From: Geosiphon pyriformis uo1 | Taxonomy: Eukaryota > Fungi > Glomeromycota | DNA: 64,000 bases | NCBI GenBank assembly: GCA_016748015.1 | Contig: JAAOMT010000678.1 | Location: forward strand, 600,389 to 664,388 | Direction: 5' to 3' | Shown: in pieces, positions 39,966 to 51,375 of the stretch | Layout: every line of letters begins with the position of its first letter | Numbering within the stretch: position 1 is the stretch's first letter | The notes under the pieces: model-generated | The model's database searches: none | What the model was told of the DNA's origin: nothing | The model's input: the letters and a program-made list of their open reading frames with translations, nothing else | Translations under genes and position numbers: made by a program

Positions 39966-41431
39966 TCATTGCCAGAAAGAATCATCTCCTCGATGATTCT
40001 TAGGTTCTTCCTTGTATTTTTCAGGTTTGTTTTTTTCGGGCTCGAGTTTATGATCTTTATGATGTTCTTCAAATTTTTTTCCGCTGACAAAACCTAATGC
40101 TGCAGCTCCTGCCGCGATACCAGCTGTAGTCTATAATGATAAAATTTTAAATGTCAACGGCCACAGTATATTAAGAGTTAATTACAGACTTGAATTTTCG
40201 AATAAATTTCTTTTGAAAATGAATTACCATCCAACCAGGACCTTCGCTCAGGGGTTTCTCAAGTTTTTCAGATTTTTCAGGCTCTTGGCTAGGATAAGCA
40301 GAAGTACTATATTGGTGAGTTGTTTGGGCACCATAGTGTTGTGGGGATGGTGGATTGTACGGAGAACTGCTTGGAGGTTGGACAAACCCAGCGTTGGGGT
40401 TTCCCCCATAAAATCCTGCATCTGGGAAACCACCACTGCCAGGCAATGGGTAGCCTGAGGAAGAGGAATTAACACCAATCGACGGTGGTTGTTGATAAGG
40501 GGATAGTCCTGTTACATACCCTGACTGTTGATTGTGCTCAGTTTTTTTAAAACCCGAAGTCGGAGGGTAGATAGCTCCGGTAGAACTTGTCGAACCCTTT
40601 TAGAAAATAATATATATAGAGCATTTTTCAGCTAGGGTCTAGTAAAAATCTTGTCAGAAGTCTCGTTTACCTGATTTTTAAAAGCTAAAATCAAGTGGAT
40701 TTCTCCAGCCGCTCTGCCATTCGACTCTTTGATTCCAACCCTTTGTTCAATATGACCAGATTCAAACACTGGTCTCAAGTCAATAACGGCTCTGCCTTTG
40801 AAAATTTTGTATTATTAGGTTATTAAATTATACTTTGATCTATTATGAGGTGGAATAAGGCATTTCAAAGGAATGTAGAGAAATAATGTTTTGCTTGCCT
40901 ATAAAATCATCGTTCAAAATATCCTGGTCGTATACATCAAGGTAAAGTTCATTGCTGACTTCGGAGACATTACTAAATATTTTCAGCAATAAGGATTATT
41001 AGTCATGTGCCTAATACACAGTGCCCAAAAATACTTTAACGTGATCACTTACAAGGTAAAGCTTTCATTCCATGAGGCACTTTTCCCCGCATTCTGTTTC
41101 GTCGAAGTCCTTTGTTTGTGCGTCTTGTCAATTGACAATGTGACATAAGGATCCGATTTACCTAAATAATTAAATACCACATCGTAATAAGAGATAGCCT
41201 TAAGAATGGTATTCAACGCGTTTGATGGTTTGGTTGGACTAATTGAGATTTTGGCCAAAAATTCAACCCAAATCCTACTCACTGAAAATGTCGGTGTCCT
41301 TGAGATTTTTCGCATCAACTTTCAAAAAAATCATGACCGATTAAAAATTACATTCGAAATAAAATTGCATGCATTTAATTCCAGCTAAATTCATACCTAC
41401 CAACAGTGATTACAAGCTGACCATAGGGCAT
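39966..41431 (-). CDS. C2-domain protein with a Pro/Gly/Tyr-rich region and Gly/Ala-rich hydrophobic segment (SRC2-like architecture), 302 aa, 7 exons
   Basis: Exons 41431-41401, 41318-41283, 41161-41053, 40972-40899, 40795-40671, 40596-40228 and 40130-39966 splice to an open 909-nt frame: MPYGQLVITVVDAKNLKDTDIFSKSDPYV...WNESFTF...LDVYDQDILNDDFIGRAVIDL...GEIHLIL...TTAGIAAGAAALGFVSG...DDSFWQ*. Confidence 0.92.
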
Positions 41432-41659
41432 CTTATTTATTTTAAAGGTGGAGAATGAGAAATGGGCCTGATGGAGAAATTATTTATACAAAAATAATAG
41501 AAAACGCCAAGAATCAACACAATGAGTAAATCTGACCTCACCTTTAAATTGCAAATCTAAATTTAATGTAGATCAGATCATCGGATTGATTGTAATACAT
41601 CAATAATAGGCTACTATGATCTCCGGAGAGAATCAAGGCTCCCTCAAGCAATGCCCAGA

Positions 41660-43200
41660 GAAATCATAAGCTTCATTCTGGGCAATAATATACACTCCAA
41701 ATTCTTCTGCTTTTGGCTACTAGACGTTGGCAAAATTGATAGTGTGCCCAACCATGCCTTTTTTGGACCGTTTTTCGTGTAATTTTTCTTATTTTTCGAT
41801 TTGCCATGTTAGATACCTCAAATGACGGGATGATGATGGAATCGAATTCACAAATAAAAAATGCAATTGCCTTTATGTGAATTTTACTTTGTAGCACATA
41901 ATATTTTGCCGCATAGCCACCGCTTTATCAAAGTCTCTAGCCTTACTCTTTTTACGTTTGGAGGTTGAATGTGTGGAACTTTTCTTTTCATGATATCAAA
42001 TTGTCCATCTAGGTTCAAAGACGAACAATGCATCCAATATCATGTTCCCCGATTTTGCCTACTCCTTTTGAGGGAGAATACCAGGTGAATGGTGTACGAA
42101 TGCCAGGATCAATGGAAATTGCATGAAAAGTGTCATTAGTTTGGGTTTCGCGAAGGTCTCGGATACCCAGGCAAACTTCCCATCAGTTAGCGATAATAAG
42201 TGAGCTTGCCATCACATGTAGTCTTGTGTGGATTGGGTCACTTGTTATTATGCCTCTTTTTTTCGAAATGAAGAGGCCACAAAGCACGCTTATCATTATC
42301 CAGAATAGTGGTAGGCTTTTAACGATGTGTAGTAAGCATCGACAGATTATGGGGATAAGTGACATATAAATGCATATTTCGAAAAATTCTGTGTGCAAAT
42401 TGCCGATTTGGAATTATGATTAATTACTTCTTCCCTAGCGATCAATCTTTGTCAATTGCCTCATCGATTATATTTGCTTTGCCGTGACCCCGAAACGAAA
42501 TTCCGAGACGCACAACAGTCCGTATGAACTTGGGCTCACTCCATATCGGAGTTTCTCGTCTTGTTGTCGTATTCATTAGCATCTTTTCCTGCCCGAAAAT
42601 CTTTATAAAGCTTAAGTTTATCTTTGTTGGATTGAGACTTTATCCAAGCCTGTTATGATGGATAGATTTGGGAGTAGACAACAGTATTATAAACAAATTT
42701 AATTAAGCCCAACCATCACGTTAAGAGCTGCTTTTGGAGATGATTCGGATACACCTCGATTAATAGTGTACGTTTAAGAGTATCTTTGGTCTTCTGGCGT
42801 TTGCCACGCGTTGCTATTTCCTTTCCCTTATATTTTTTGTTTTTGCGTTCTCTTCAGTAACGAGAGGCTCTCATTTCCTTCATGCAGTAGATGAAAACTA
42901 TGTTGACGCAAGAAAATCCCGAAAGAGTTTGTGCACGTCAGAAGTCGCATCGTTTAAGAGAACCACGAGTTTTGCAGAATGGAGGGAGAAGATATATTCG
43001 TGGAGGCCGAAGGTGAAACGACAGAGACGGTTACGGTGATTAATGGGAATTTCTGAGAGAGCACTACGGCTTGATGGCAGAGTCGATATCACTGATGAAC
43101 TTTTATGTCGGGAATTGAGCTTAGAGATAAACTTTCTTAATTGCAGAGGTGGTGGAGAAGAAGGAGGGATGGAGATGATGCTGGTGGTGGTCTCATCATT
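41660..43200 (-). mobile_element. IS607-like element relic, copy B: TnpA serine-recombinase remnant plus TnpB/Fanzor2-type pseudogene
   Basis: HRNRLCRFTFGLHEYIFSLHSAKLVVL (from 43038) matches the IS607 TnpA DRLxRFgFeL motif; IEVYPNHLQKQLLT*WLGLIKFVYN (HTH); AISIDPGIRTPFTWYSPSKGVGKIG (RuvC-I Asp at 42110); FDSIIIPSFEVSNMANRKIRKITRKTV..WAHYQFCQRLVAK; QNEAY (41680-41666). Nucleotide similarity to copy A (42791-42895 versus 39317-39422). Confidence 0.88.
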
Positions 43201-43692
43201 TTGAGAAGTAGATTAGGAAAGAGAAAAAAAGTGGGCATTTATTTTCGCAATTTACGTTAATTATTTCAATAGAATAGCGGATGTTATAAAGGTTAACGTA
43301 ATAGAAGCATAAACACAATCTTTTATAGTAACCATATCCACACGTATATTTGTGAATTAATAAAATTTTAATTAATCGTTAAAATGGAAAAAACTCATAA
43401 TATTTTCATTCATGAGTATAAAATATTTATACAAGTTCTCAAAATTTATTTCGCAGATGAAAAATTATTTATATGTTAATATTATTTTAGTTTCTCCTTA
43501 GGGCGACTCTCAGACAAAGTTCATATATTATATAATTGAGATAAAGAAAAGATTGAAAAGGTATATAATTGAAATAACTATTTAACAAAAATGAGATAAG
43601 GTAAAAAGGTGTGGGTATCTATACAAAAGTATTTGAATTAAAAGATTCAAATAAACGAATTTTCATATTGCATTGACACTGGCATTGGTATT

Positions 43693-44310
43693 TCAAAGTA
43701 TCTGGTAAAACTCTTCGGCAAAGTGCACCCTGTTATCTTGAGTCTCACATATAAAATCTGGCATGAAGCTCTGTATGAAAGCCAAATAATCGGTTTGATG
43801 ATCATCAACCTTGACATTCACAGAAAAGTTTGATACGCCCAAGTTTGGTGATGTAGAAACATTTGACATTTGATTAGAAAAAACGGAGGTCGAAATTGAC
43901 AAAGGATAAGTATTTTGGAAGAGATAAGGTCTAAATGTGGGAGTTATTCGACTCTCGGTATATTTGAATCCTGGATATCGAGCTCGATGTAAAGTAGAAA
44001 CTTGTTCTGCAAGATCTTTGTATTGTTTTCTGTCATTATCTGATGCATTTTTCCAGAGGAAACTTGAAGCTTTGCAAATCAATCTCATGTTTTGAATACC
44101 GAATATTCTTGCTTCGTGTAAAACATTTTTACGAAATATGAAAAATGCGTTTTGAGGACGTGGAGGTCTTAATATACCCCTTTTTGTCATACGTTGGGAT
44201 GGTAATAATTCTTTGGGGTTTCTGAGTTGTGGAGGAAAGATGTTTTTAATGTTTAACATTCTGATAAGTGATGCGACATCACTTTCCAAATCATTTAGAG
44301 TTTGACCCAT
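43693..44310 (-). CDS. MATA-type HMG-box transcription factor (HMG-B), 205 aa
   Basis: RPPRPQNAFFIFRK...ICKASSFLWKNAS...YKDLAEQVSTLHRARYPGFKYT; intronless. Confidence 0.95.
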   Translation of the reverse strand: MGQTLNDLESDVASLIRMLNIKNIFPPQLRNPKELLPSQRMTKRGILRPPRPQNAFFIFRKNVLHEARIFGIQNMRLICKASSFLWKNASDNDRKQYKDLAEQVSTLHRARYPGFKYTESRITPTFRPYLFQNTYPLSISTSVFSNQMSNVSTSPNLGVSNFSVNVKVDDHQTDYLAFIQSFMPDFICETQDNRVHFAEEFYQIL

Positions 44311-44584
44311 TTTTACAGAGATTTTTTTTGTGAAAAGATGAGAAGTAAGTTTGAGAGAAAACCAAATTATTTTTTATAATAGGAATTTTATTATTTTCAA
44401 GTATTTACGTATTTTTAATATTATTTTTTCTTTTTGCTTGAAAAATTCTTGTATAAGAATTATTTTAGAAGTTGTCAGGAGCCTAACTCCCTTTATATAA
44501 ATTCTCATTTGCTCACTTTTTGAAAAAAATGAACTTCAAAAATAGATCGTAGTGTTTTTTTATATTCAGCTACATAAAAATAGC

Positions 44585-44657
44585 AATAATAACAAAAAGA
44601 ACAACGACAAGAATAACAACAACGACAACGACGACAACAACAACAAAAACAACAATA

Positions 44658-44694
<37 letters not shown>

Positions 44695-44695
44695 T
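44585..44695. repeat. Compound (AAC/GAC)n-(AAT)n microsatellite upstream of HMG-B
   Basis: Seen directly. Confidence 0.9.
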
Positions 44696-46166
44696 AGTAT
44701 TAATATAATAGTTCCCTGAAGTTTTCTATCAAAGTTAATATTCGTCTATTATTATTTTATTTTCAAAACAAAATAACTGTTAGTCACTGCGGCTGAGCTA
44801 TCCAATTTTCTAACGAGAAAATTTTGTCCATCTAGAAATAATGTGCTTTCAAAATAAGTTGAAAAATGCCCACCTTTAAAGAAGAAAGCAATCGATCACA
44901 TGGGGTTGATCATTAAAAATTTTCAAGATAGTGATCCCTATAATCTATGATTTACGATCATAATTAAATAGGCAATTGTGGAATAGGGAGAAATCTTCTT
45001 TATGGAAAATTTGGTTAATCGCTTAATCAAAAAACTCTTAAAGATAAAAGGTAAATCAAAATTTGGATCAGCGGGTGATCCAATCAACGAATCCATTGCC
45101 TAATTTGTTTTTTCAAATGATCATATTATTAACTTTCCCTCTCTAAAGAATTTTCATATTTTTTGTTGGTGTTTCAATATTGGGAATTTATCTTTTTTTA
45201 AACTTCCAATTTTAAAACGAGAAAATATTTGGTGCTTTAACAAATCACTTTTACTATATTAATATCTTGTTTATTTTAAAAATACTGCTTTAATTATCCG
45301 AGATTTGAGAGATCGCCATTGTTGATCGATCTAGAGACCTTTGAAGCAGATCATGTTAGAGATACCGAGATTTTTTTGCTTCACACATAGTTTTCGGGGG
45401 TAAATATTTGTTCGAATGCTTAGTTATTCCAATTTAAATTTTTTCACTAGAAATTATATTCAATCTGTAGCAGTTGACCTGGTATGGATTCAGCTAAAAT
45501 GGGTAGTTTGTAAATATCAACTCAATTTAGCATATCTTGAAATATTTTTTTTAGTAAACAAAATGGTATATTTGTTAAAAAGTTTTAGAAGAATTCTATT
45601 TTTTTGTCCTTTAAGTAATTGAATTATTAGAAGTTTTCTGGAACAAAAAATTTAAAAAATTTCATAAAGTTATATGAGAAAATTCTATATTTGCTTGAAA
45701 ACCAATAACCTTGTTTGATAGAAAAATTTTCTCGATTGATCTGTGAAAAAAGTAAAAATAAAATAAAAACGTTTCGGGAGAAGAAAAAGCTAAGTTTGAA
45801 CTTTTTATTATTATTTTCTATTAATCTTGCTTTGCTCCAGGCAACATAATTTAACCAAAATAGTTAACCTAAACTTGTTTCTAACTCCTTTTTATTTATG
45901 AGAAATATGACGTAATTTCGTGAAGTTTTAAGGGGGAATAAACTTAAGAAGTGGCAAGAGTTAATTAGATTGATCATAATCTTAGATATAATTACTACGA
46001 TTTAATAGAAACCTGCTAAAAACACGAGAGAGAGGGTAATCGAGATAGCTCGATATTCAGAACTTTTGTTGTTGAGTTTAGGTAATATGATTTGGACAAA
46101 TTACACGTTAGCTAATCGGAAATTTCTTTTGTATATTGTGAAATTGTTACTTGGGGGGGGGGGGGG

Positions 46167-46186
46167 NNNNNNNNNNNNNNNNNNNN
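46167..46186. other. Assembly gap (20 N) following a G14 run
   Basis: Seen directly. Confidence 1.
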
Positions 46187-48634
46187 TTTGAATTTTGTAA
46201 ACATGAGATATGACAAATTGTTAATGACGAAAAACTTTGGATTATATTTGGTGTGATATGTTCATTTTTAACATTAAAATTACCCAGGCTTCTATATCGG
46301 GAGAAAAAAAAAAGGAGGTTGTTTATTCAATTTCTTTTATTTTTTTTTGCTGAATCATCGAAATTCTACTACCAAGTTCATAATTGTTCCTGACACTTTT
46401 TATTTTATTTTATTTAATTTTATTTTATTGATTAAAATCTTAAAACAAAGACTAAATTAATTTACTTGACTTATAATTAAAACACTTTTTTTTTATTCGA
46501 ATTTGTTTTCCTTAACAGAATAGTAGGATAAATATCGAAATATAAACGCATTGTTTTTTTTTCTTGAAATTCTTGGAAAATTCCTTTTTAATTTTTTCGT
46601 TAAATTGCTAAATTGATAAATTTCTAATGTAAAAAAAAAAATATATTTTCACAGAAGCTTTTGTTTTATTTATTATTCTTTTTTTTGTTTTACTTTTTGC
46701 CTAAAAAAATTCAAAAATAAAAAATTTTGATTGCTTAAAAAAAATTTTTATGGAAACACACCTAAACCTTTAATTTTGAAAAACTTTTTTCATTCAAATC
46801 AATTTGTTAAAACTAAATATAGATTTCTTTAATCGGAATGATGGCTTTTTTGATTGATTGATTTATTTATTTATTTATTTATTTCCGAGACTTTAATTGT
46901 AAGGGTACGATACGCTATTTATTTTGAGCTAAATAATGACAAAATATCAAGACATTTTGCCATTATTAATAGAAAACCTAGCATCAAAGAATAAATAGAG
47001 ATCAGCATTCATTTTACCACGAATCAAAAATAAAATACAAACTTTCAAAATAGTCCCATTGATTGCGAAAAATTTCATTATTATTAGCATGATAGGCTTA
47101 AGGCCTTAGAAAGAAAATTGCAAGAAAATGAAAAGTGAGTTTTTTGAAAGATTTTATTTTGCAAAAATTTTTCGAAATTAGATCCTACCCAATAGATCTA
47201 ATTCAAAAATCTGATTTATTAATTTTTTGACGTTTTTTTTGCTCAAGTTTCTAATAATCTTCACAGGGTCTCATCAAACCATTTGACGATTATGAATACT
47301 TGAAAACAAACTATAACAAAAAAACAACTTCCTAAAGAAATCTTCAACATTGGTTTTTAGAAACAAATCTCTGAAAAAAACAACTCCATTTCCACCTAGA
47401 AAAATTGACTCTTCTTTCGAAACAATGTGAACGATGATCATAATTTCATCTACAAAATTTGTTTATGATTTTCATTTAGAAAATTTCCGACAAATTTTTT
47501 CCCGCAGATTTGCAAAGGAAACTCTTTTCAGCAAGATCAGAATCAACAGAAATTTTGAATTTCCTCGCAGATTTTTAGAAATTAAACGTTCTTTCCAAGT
47601 ACAATAAACAATTACCTAATATTTTGACCCGGAAAAACCATACAGTGTTGATATAAATTATGACAAAATAAATCATTTGATCTACACTTGGCTCACTAGC
47701 CGAATAGATCTACTAAAAGTTGTGATATTTTCTCATTCATATTTCGATTAATCTTAAAAGTTCAATTTTCAACCTTAATTACGAAATCAGTTTGACTTTC
47801 ATGATTATTATGCCTAACTTTTAATTTTTTGTTGTGAAATTCTTACCTCAATAATGCTTAATAAGTGAATAAATTATTATTAAATCATTTATTATTTTAA
47901 TTTCTAAGTTGAAAGTTTCAAATGAAAAAATTATAAGCTATTTTTTTTTTTACTTTGAAATACTAAAACATCAAGTACTGTATTGAATCTTTGTTTTAAA
48001 GCTTCAAACCTATTAATAAAAAAAACCCTAAAAATTATATCTTATTAATAATAAATGAAATTTTTTAAAACAACATTACATTTTATATTTTAATATTTAA
48101 ATAAAATAATGGTTAATTATATATATATAATTAAAAATGCAAAGATTTTAATCGCATTTTGTCAGAATATAATATTAAAAAAAGGAAATCTAAATAAGAT
48201 AAAAATTTATTCGAATTTTTATCTTTTTTACAATGTGAAATTGTATTTTTAATATTCCATTATCAGAAACATTTATTTTATAAAAAAAATTTTAAATGAA
48301 AAAAAATATTTTATCATAATAAATTTTCATATTTTCATAAATTACATGCAAAAATATTTCTCCCAATTTTCAATGACAATATTAAAGAATTAAATTATGT
48401 ATAAAAACTTTTATAATAAATTAATTAATTTTAGTTTATAATTTTTAAAAATTTTATATAAACATAAACATAAAAATAAACAAATAAAAGTAATTTTTAT
48501 TAAATTTAAGTTGGCATTTATGAGCTCAAATGATCATATTCATTTGTGATATGGAATTTCTTATTTAAATATTAATTTCAATATTTTATCAAATCAACAT
48601 TTCTTAACTTGTGATTGATTGATTGATTTGAATA

Positions 48635-48719
48635 CTGTAAAGTCCAGAAAATAAGCAACCCCTACGTTATCAATTTTGGACCAAATTTTGAGGGGGGTTG
48701 CATATTTTCGGGACTTTAC

Positions 48720-48721
<2 letters not shown>
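48635..48721. mobile_element. 87-bp pogo/Tigger-type MITE
   Basis: 28-bp TIRs ctgtaaagtccagaaaataagcaacccc and ggggttgcatattttcgggactttacgg (3 mismatches); TA on both flanks. Confidence 0.88.

Positions 48722-48771
<50 letters not shown>
48722..48771. repeat. (TAA)n microsatellite abutting the MITE
   Basis: Seen directly. Confidence 0.95.
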
Positions 48772-48774
<3 letters not shown>

Positions 48775-49396
48775 TCAAGTAGCTCTTCAACCAGTATAAG
48801 TAATCCATAACTTGAGGTGGCACTTCTTAAAAATGAACAATTTTTAAGTTACTTTTAAAGTAAAAGACCATTTGAAATATTTCAATTTTTTTTATTATCA
48901 CTCTATTTCATCTTTTATCCAAACAAATACGAATAATCGAATAAAAATTTATATTTTGATGATCGAGACATTTCCTGACCTGCAGGATAATCCAGCCTAA
49001 AAATTTTCCCGCTGTTGTCGACTTCGCCTAAAAGGGGGTCAGGAAAAATTGATCGGATGCCCAAAAAAGACTAAAAGACAATGTGGCAAGATTGTTCATA
49101 ATTTTTGATCACGCGCCGCAGAAGAATTTTCAAGATTCTAACCTGAAAAAGTGAGTCATTTTTTATATCGAGTAATTTTCGCAAAAAAAAAGGGTTACCA
49201 CACGAAAACTCATCGGGGTTGATTAATGAATAAAAAATTATGTCATTAATGCTATTTATAATTCAATAGATTTTTATATAAAATAACCTGGTTTACACCC
49301 GGACAAAATCCATTAACTTTCAAATAATTCAAAAGTAAAATCCAGTAGATAATATTCCTTTTTTCTCTTTAAAAAAAGTTTTTTCAAATTTAAATA

Positions 49397-50044
49397 ATGG
49401 AAAATCTTCAGGATTTCGACGATGATGTTTCAATCCTTTTAAATATGTTGAACATGACAAATATACTTACACCATCCATAAAAAACCCCGAAGATTTTGT
49501 CGGTACTCCCCGAATTGGAAAAAATGGTCAAATTCGAACTCCACGCCCTCAAAATGCCTTTTTCATTTTTCGTAAAAATGTATTGCATGAAGCAAGACTA
49601 TATAACATTCAAAATATGCGGTTAATATGTAAAGTTTCCTCGATACTTTGGAAGAGAGCTTCAAATGATGAAAAACAGATTTATCGAAATCTGGCATTAC
49701 AAGTCGCTGATTTACATCATCAACGATATCCCGACTTTAAGTATACGGAAGGTAGTTCACAAACTAAATTCAGGCATATATCATTTCGAGACACATCATC
49801 ATCACCACCATCCTTGGCCTCTTCCCAAAATTCAGATTTATTTATTGAATCTAGTTTCGTAGAATCTCCTGTTCAAGATCCTAATATATATTTTGATCAA
49901 CAAAATTTTTTCGAGGATCCTTATTATTCGACGAACCTTTTATCTGACACGTTTTTCCAGAATTTCTACCCCACTCACAACGACTGTGATATGGAATTTC
50001 CTTTGATGTTTGAGGAATTTGAAAATTTGGAATTTAATATTTAA
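49397..50044 (+). CDS. MATA-type HMG-box transcription factor (HMG-C), 215 aa, acidic C-terminal tail
   Basis: RTPRPQNAFFIFRK...ICKVSSILWKRAS...YRNLALQVADLHHQRYPDFKYT; intronless; closest to HMG-B. Confidence 0.95.
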   Translation: MENLQDFDDDVSILLNMLNMTNILTPSIKNPEDFVGTPRIGKNGQIRTPRPQNAFFIFRKNVLHEARLYNIQNMRLICKVSSILWKRASNDEKQIYRNLALQVADLHHQRYPDFKYTEGSSQTKFRHISFRDTSSSPPSLASSQNSDLFIESSFVESPVQDPNIYFDQQNFFEDPYYSTNLLSDTFFQNFYPTHNDCDMEFPLMFEEFENLEFNI

Positions 50045-50922
50045 AAATAAAAAACATTTTGAAAAGAATTCTCTTGGACAGTTGAAAACCTTACCTTATT
50101 ACTTTTGGTTTTCAAACTCATCAAATCGATTCCATTACTCTATTACTTACTGCTGCTGCTTAAGTTTTAGCTCTACTTGATATCCATTATATCCATTAAT
50201 CATTGTAATAGCTACTTAATACACACACTTATACTTGGCTAATTAATTTCCTTTTTGTTGGCAATCTTTATAGAATATTTTTAGAATGATTTTGTTTTTA
50301 TATAATTCATATCGAAATTAAGCTTTTAATTTGGGAGACAAAAAACATTAATCTCTACTCTAGAGTTTTTTGATAGCTTTAATTCAGTTTAAGCTGAATT
50401 CCTGAAAATCTGAAGAATTTAGCTTTAATAGAAACAAATTCAACATAAAACTGACCGAGAAAGAAAGCTATGAAAAACCTTTATATTATCCAAAGAATAT
50501 TGATAAATAAGATAGTTTTTTTTTAAATTAATTAATGACTGTCAATTATTTTTTGTTTTGTATAAAAGTGTAAAATGCACTATTAAAGTGTACATTATTT
50601 CATGTAATAAGGAATTTTTGTTTGTCAGTCTCTTTGTCTTAAATCCTTCGGATACTTATACAAAAAAATAATTGATTCAATTAAAATTACATTCATTGTA
50701 CTCTTTTAAAACGAGCTTTTTTATTATTTTATCTTTAAAAAATAGCAATTATGTTTAACTGATATATAATAGATTCAAATAAAATAATTGTGTCAACATT
50801 GTTCGCAAAACTTGTCGCTCCTTCCAAAAAAAGCCGACGCGTATGTGTTATTTTTGTTTACTCCTGATGTCGTACAATCTCTTATTTATTTCCATCACCC
50901 ATTCATTCTGTAAAATCGAACC

Positions 50923-51375
50923 ATGACGCCCATTAAGTACTTTTGGCGCAAATGGTCACTGCTCTATTTTTGCAAAAATTGCCAAATTCCAGATATTCAT
51001 CGTCCTGGTCGCCCACGCAAACTTACTTCTTCCAGAAGTTCCCAGATTGGCGAATTCCTTCGCGCAAATCATTTCATTACAGCATCCGAAACCAAAACAT
51101 GGCTCGACGAAATCCATCCGGGCTTTAAAGTCGGTGAACAAATTATTTTTAAGGCTTAGCTACATTGCCATTCTGCCTAATTGTGTTTTCTCATCGAAAA
51201 CGCCAAAGATAACTGTTTGCAATATGCACGTGATCATTGCCGTTACAATTGACCCAAGGTTTATTCTCTGCTGAAACAACTTTACAGATTTTACAAAACA
51301 CTTCTTTAGCATGGTTTCATGGTGGTGGACAACCTATACCACCAATGATAAAACATCCCTTCAAATTGCATTGTA
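50923..51375 (+). pseudogene. Tc1/IS630-family transposase fragment
   Basis: RPGRPRKLT linker typical of Tc1 HTH regions; LFSAETTLQI (FSDET with Asp->Ala); PMIKHPFKLH. Frameshifted and truncated by an AT-eroded block. Confidence 0.7.

Noticed and set aside
47300-47640. Possible leucine-rich-repeat pseudogene (KQLPKEIFNIG, KQLPNIL)
   Set aside because: Only two short motifs among stops and frameshifts; insufficient evidence.
43693-50044. Mucorales-type sex locus (sexP/sexM) or AMF homeodomain MAT locus
   Set aside because: No triose-phosphate transporter, RNA helicase or homeodomain genes seen; MATA-HMG genes are often multicopy.
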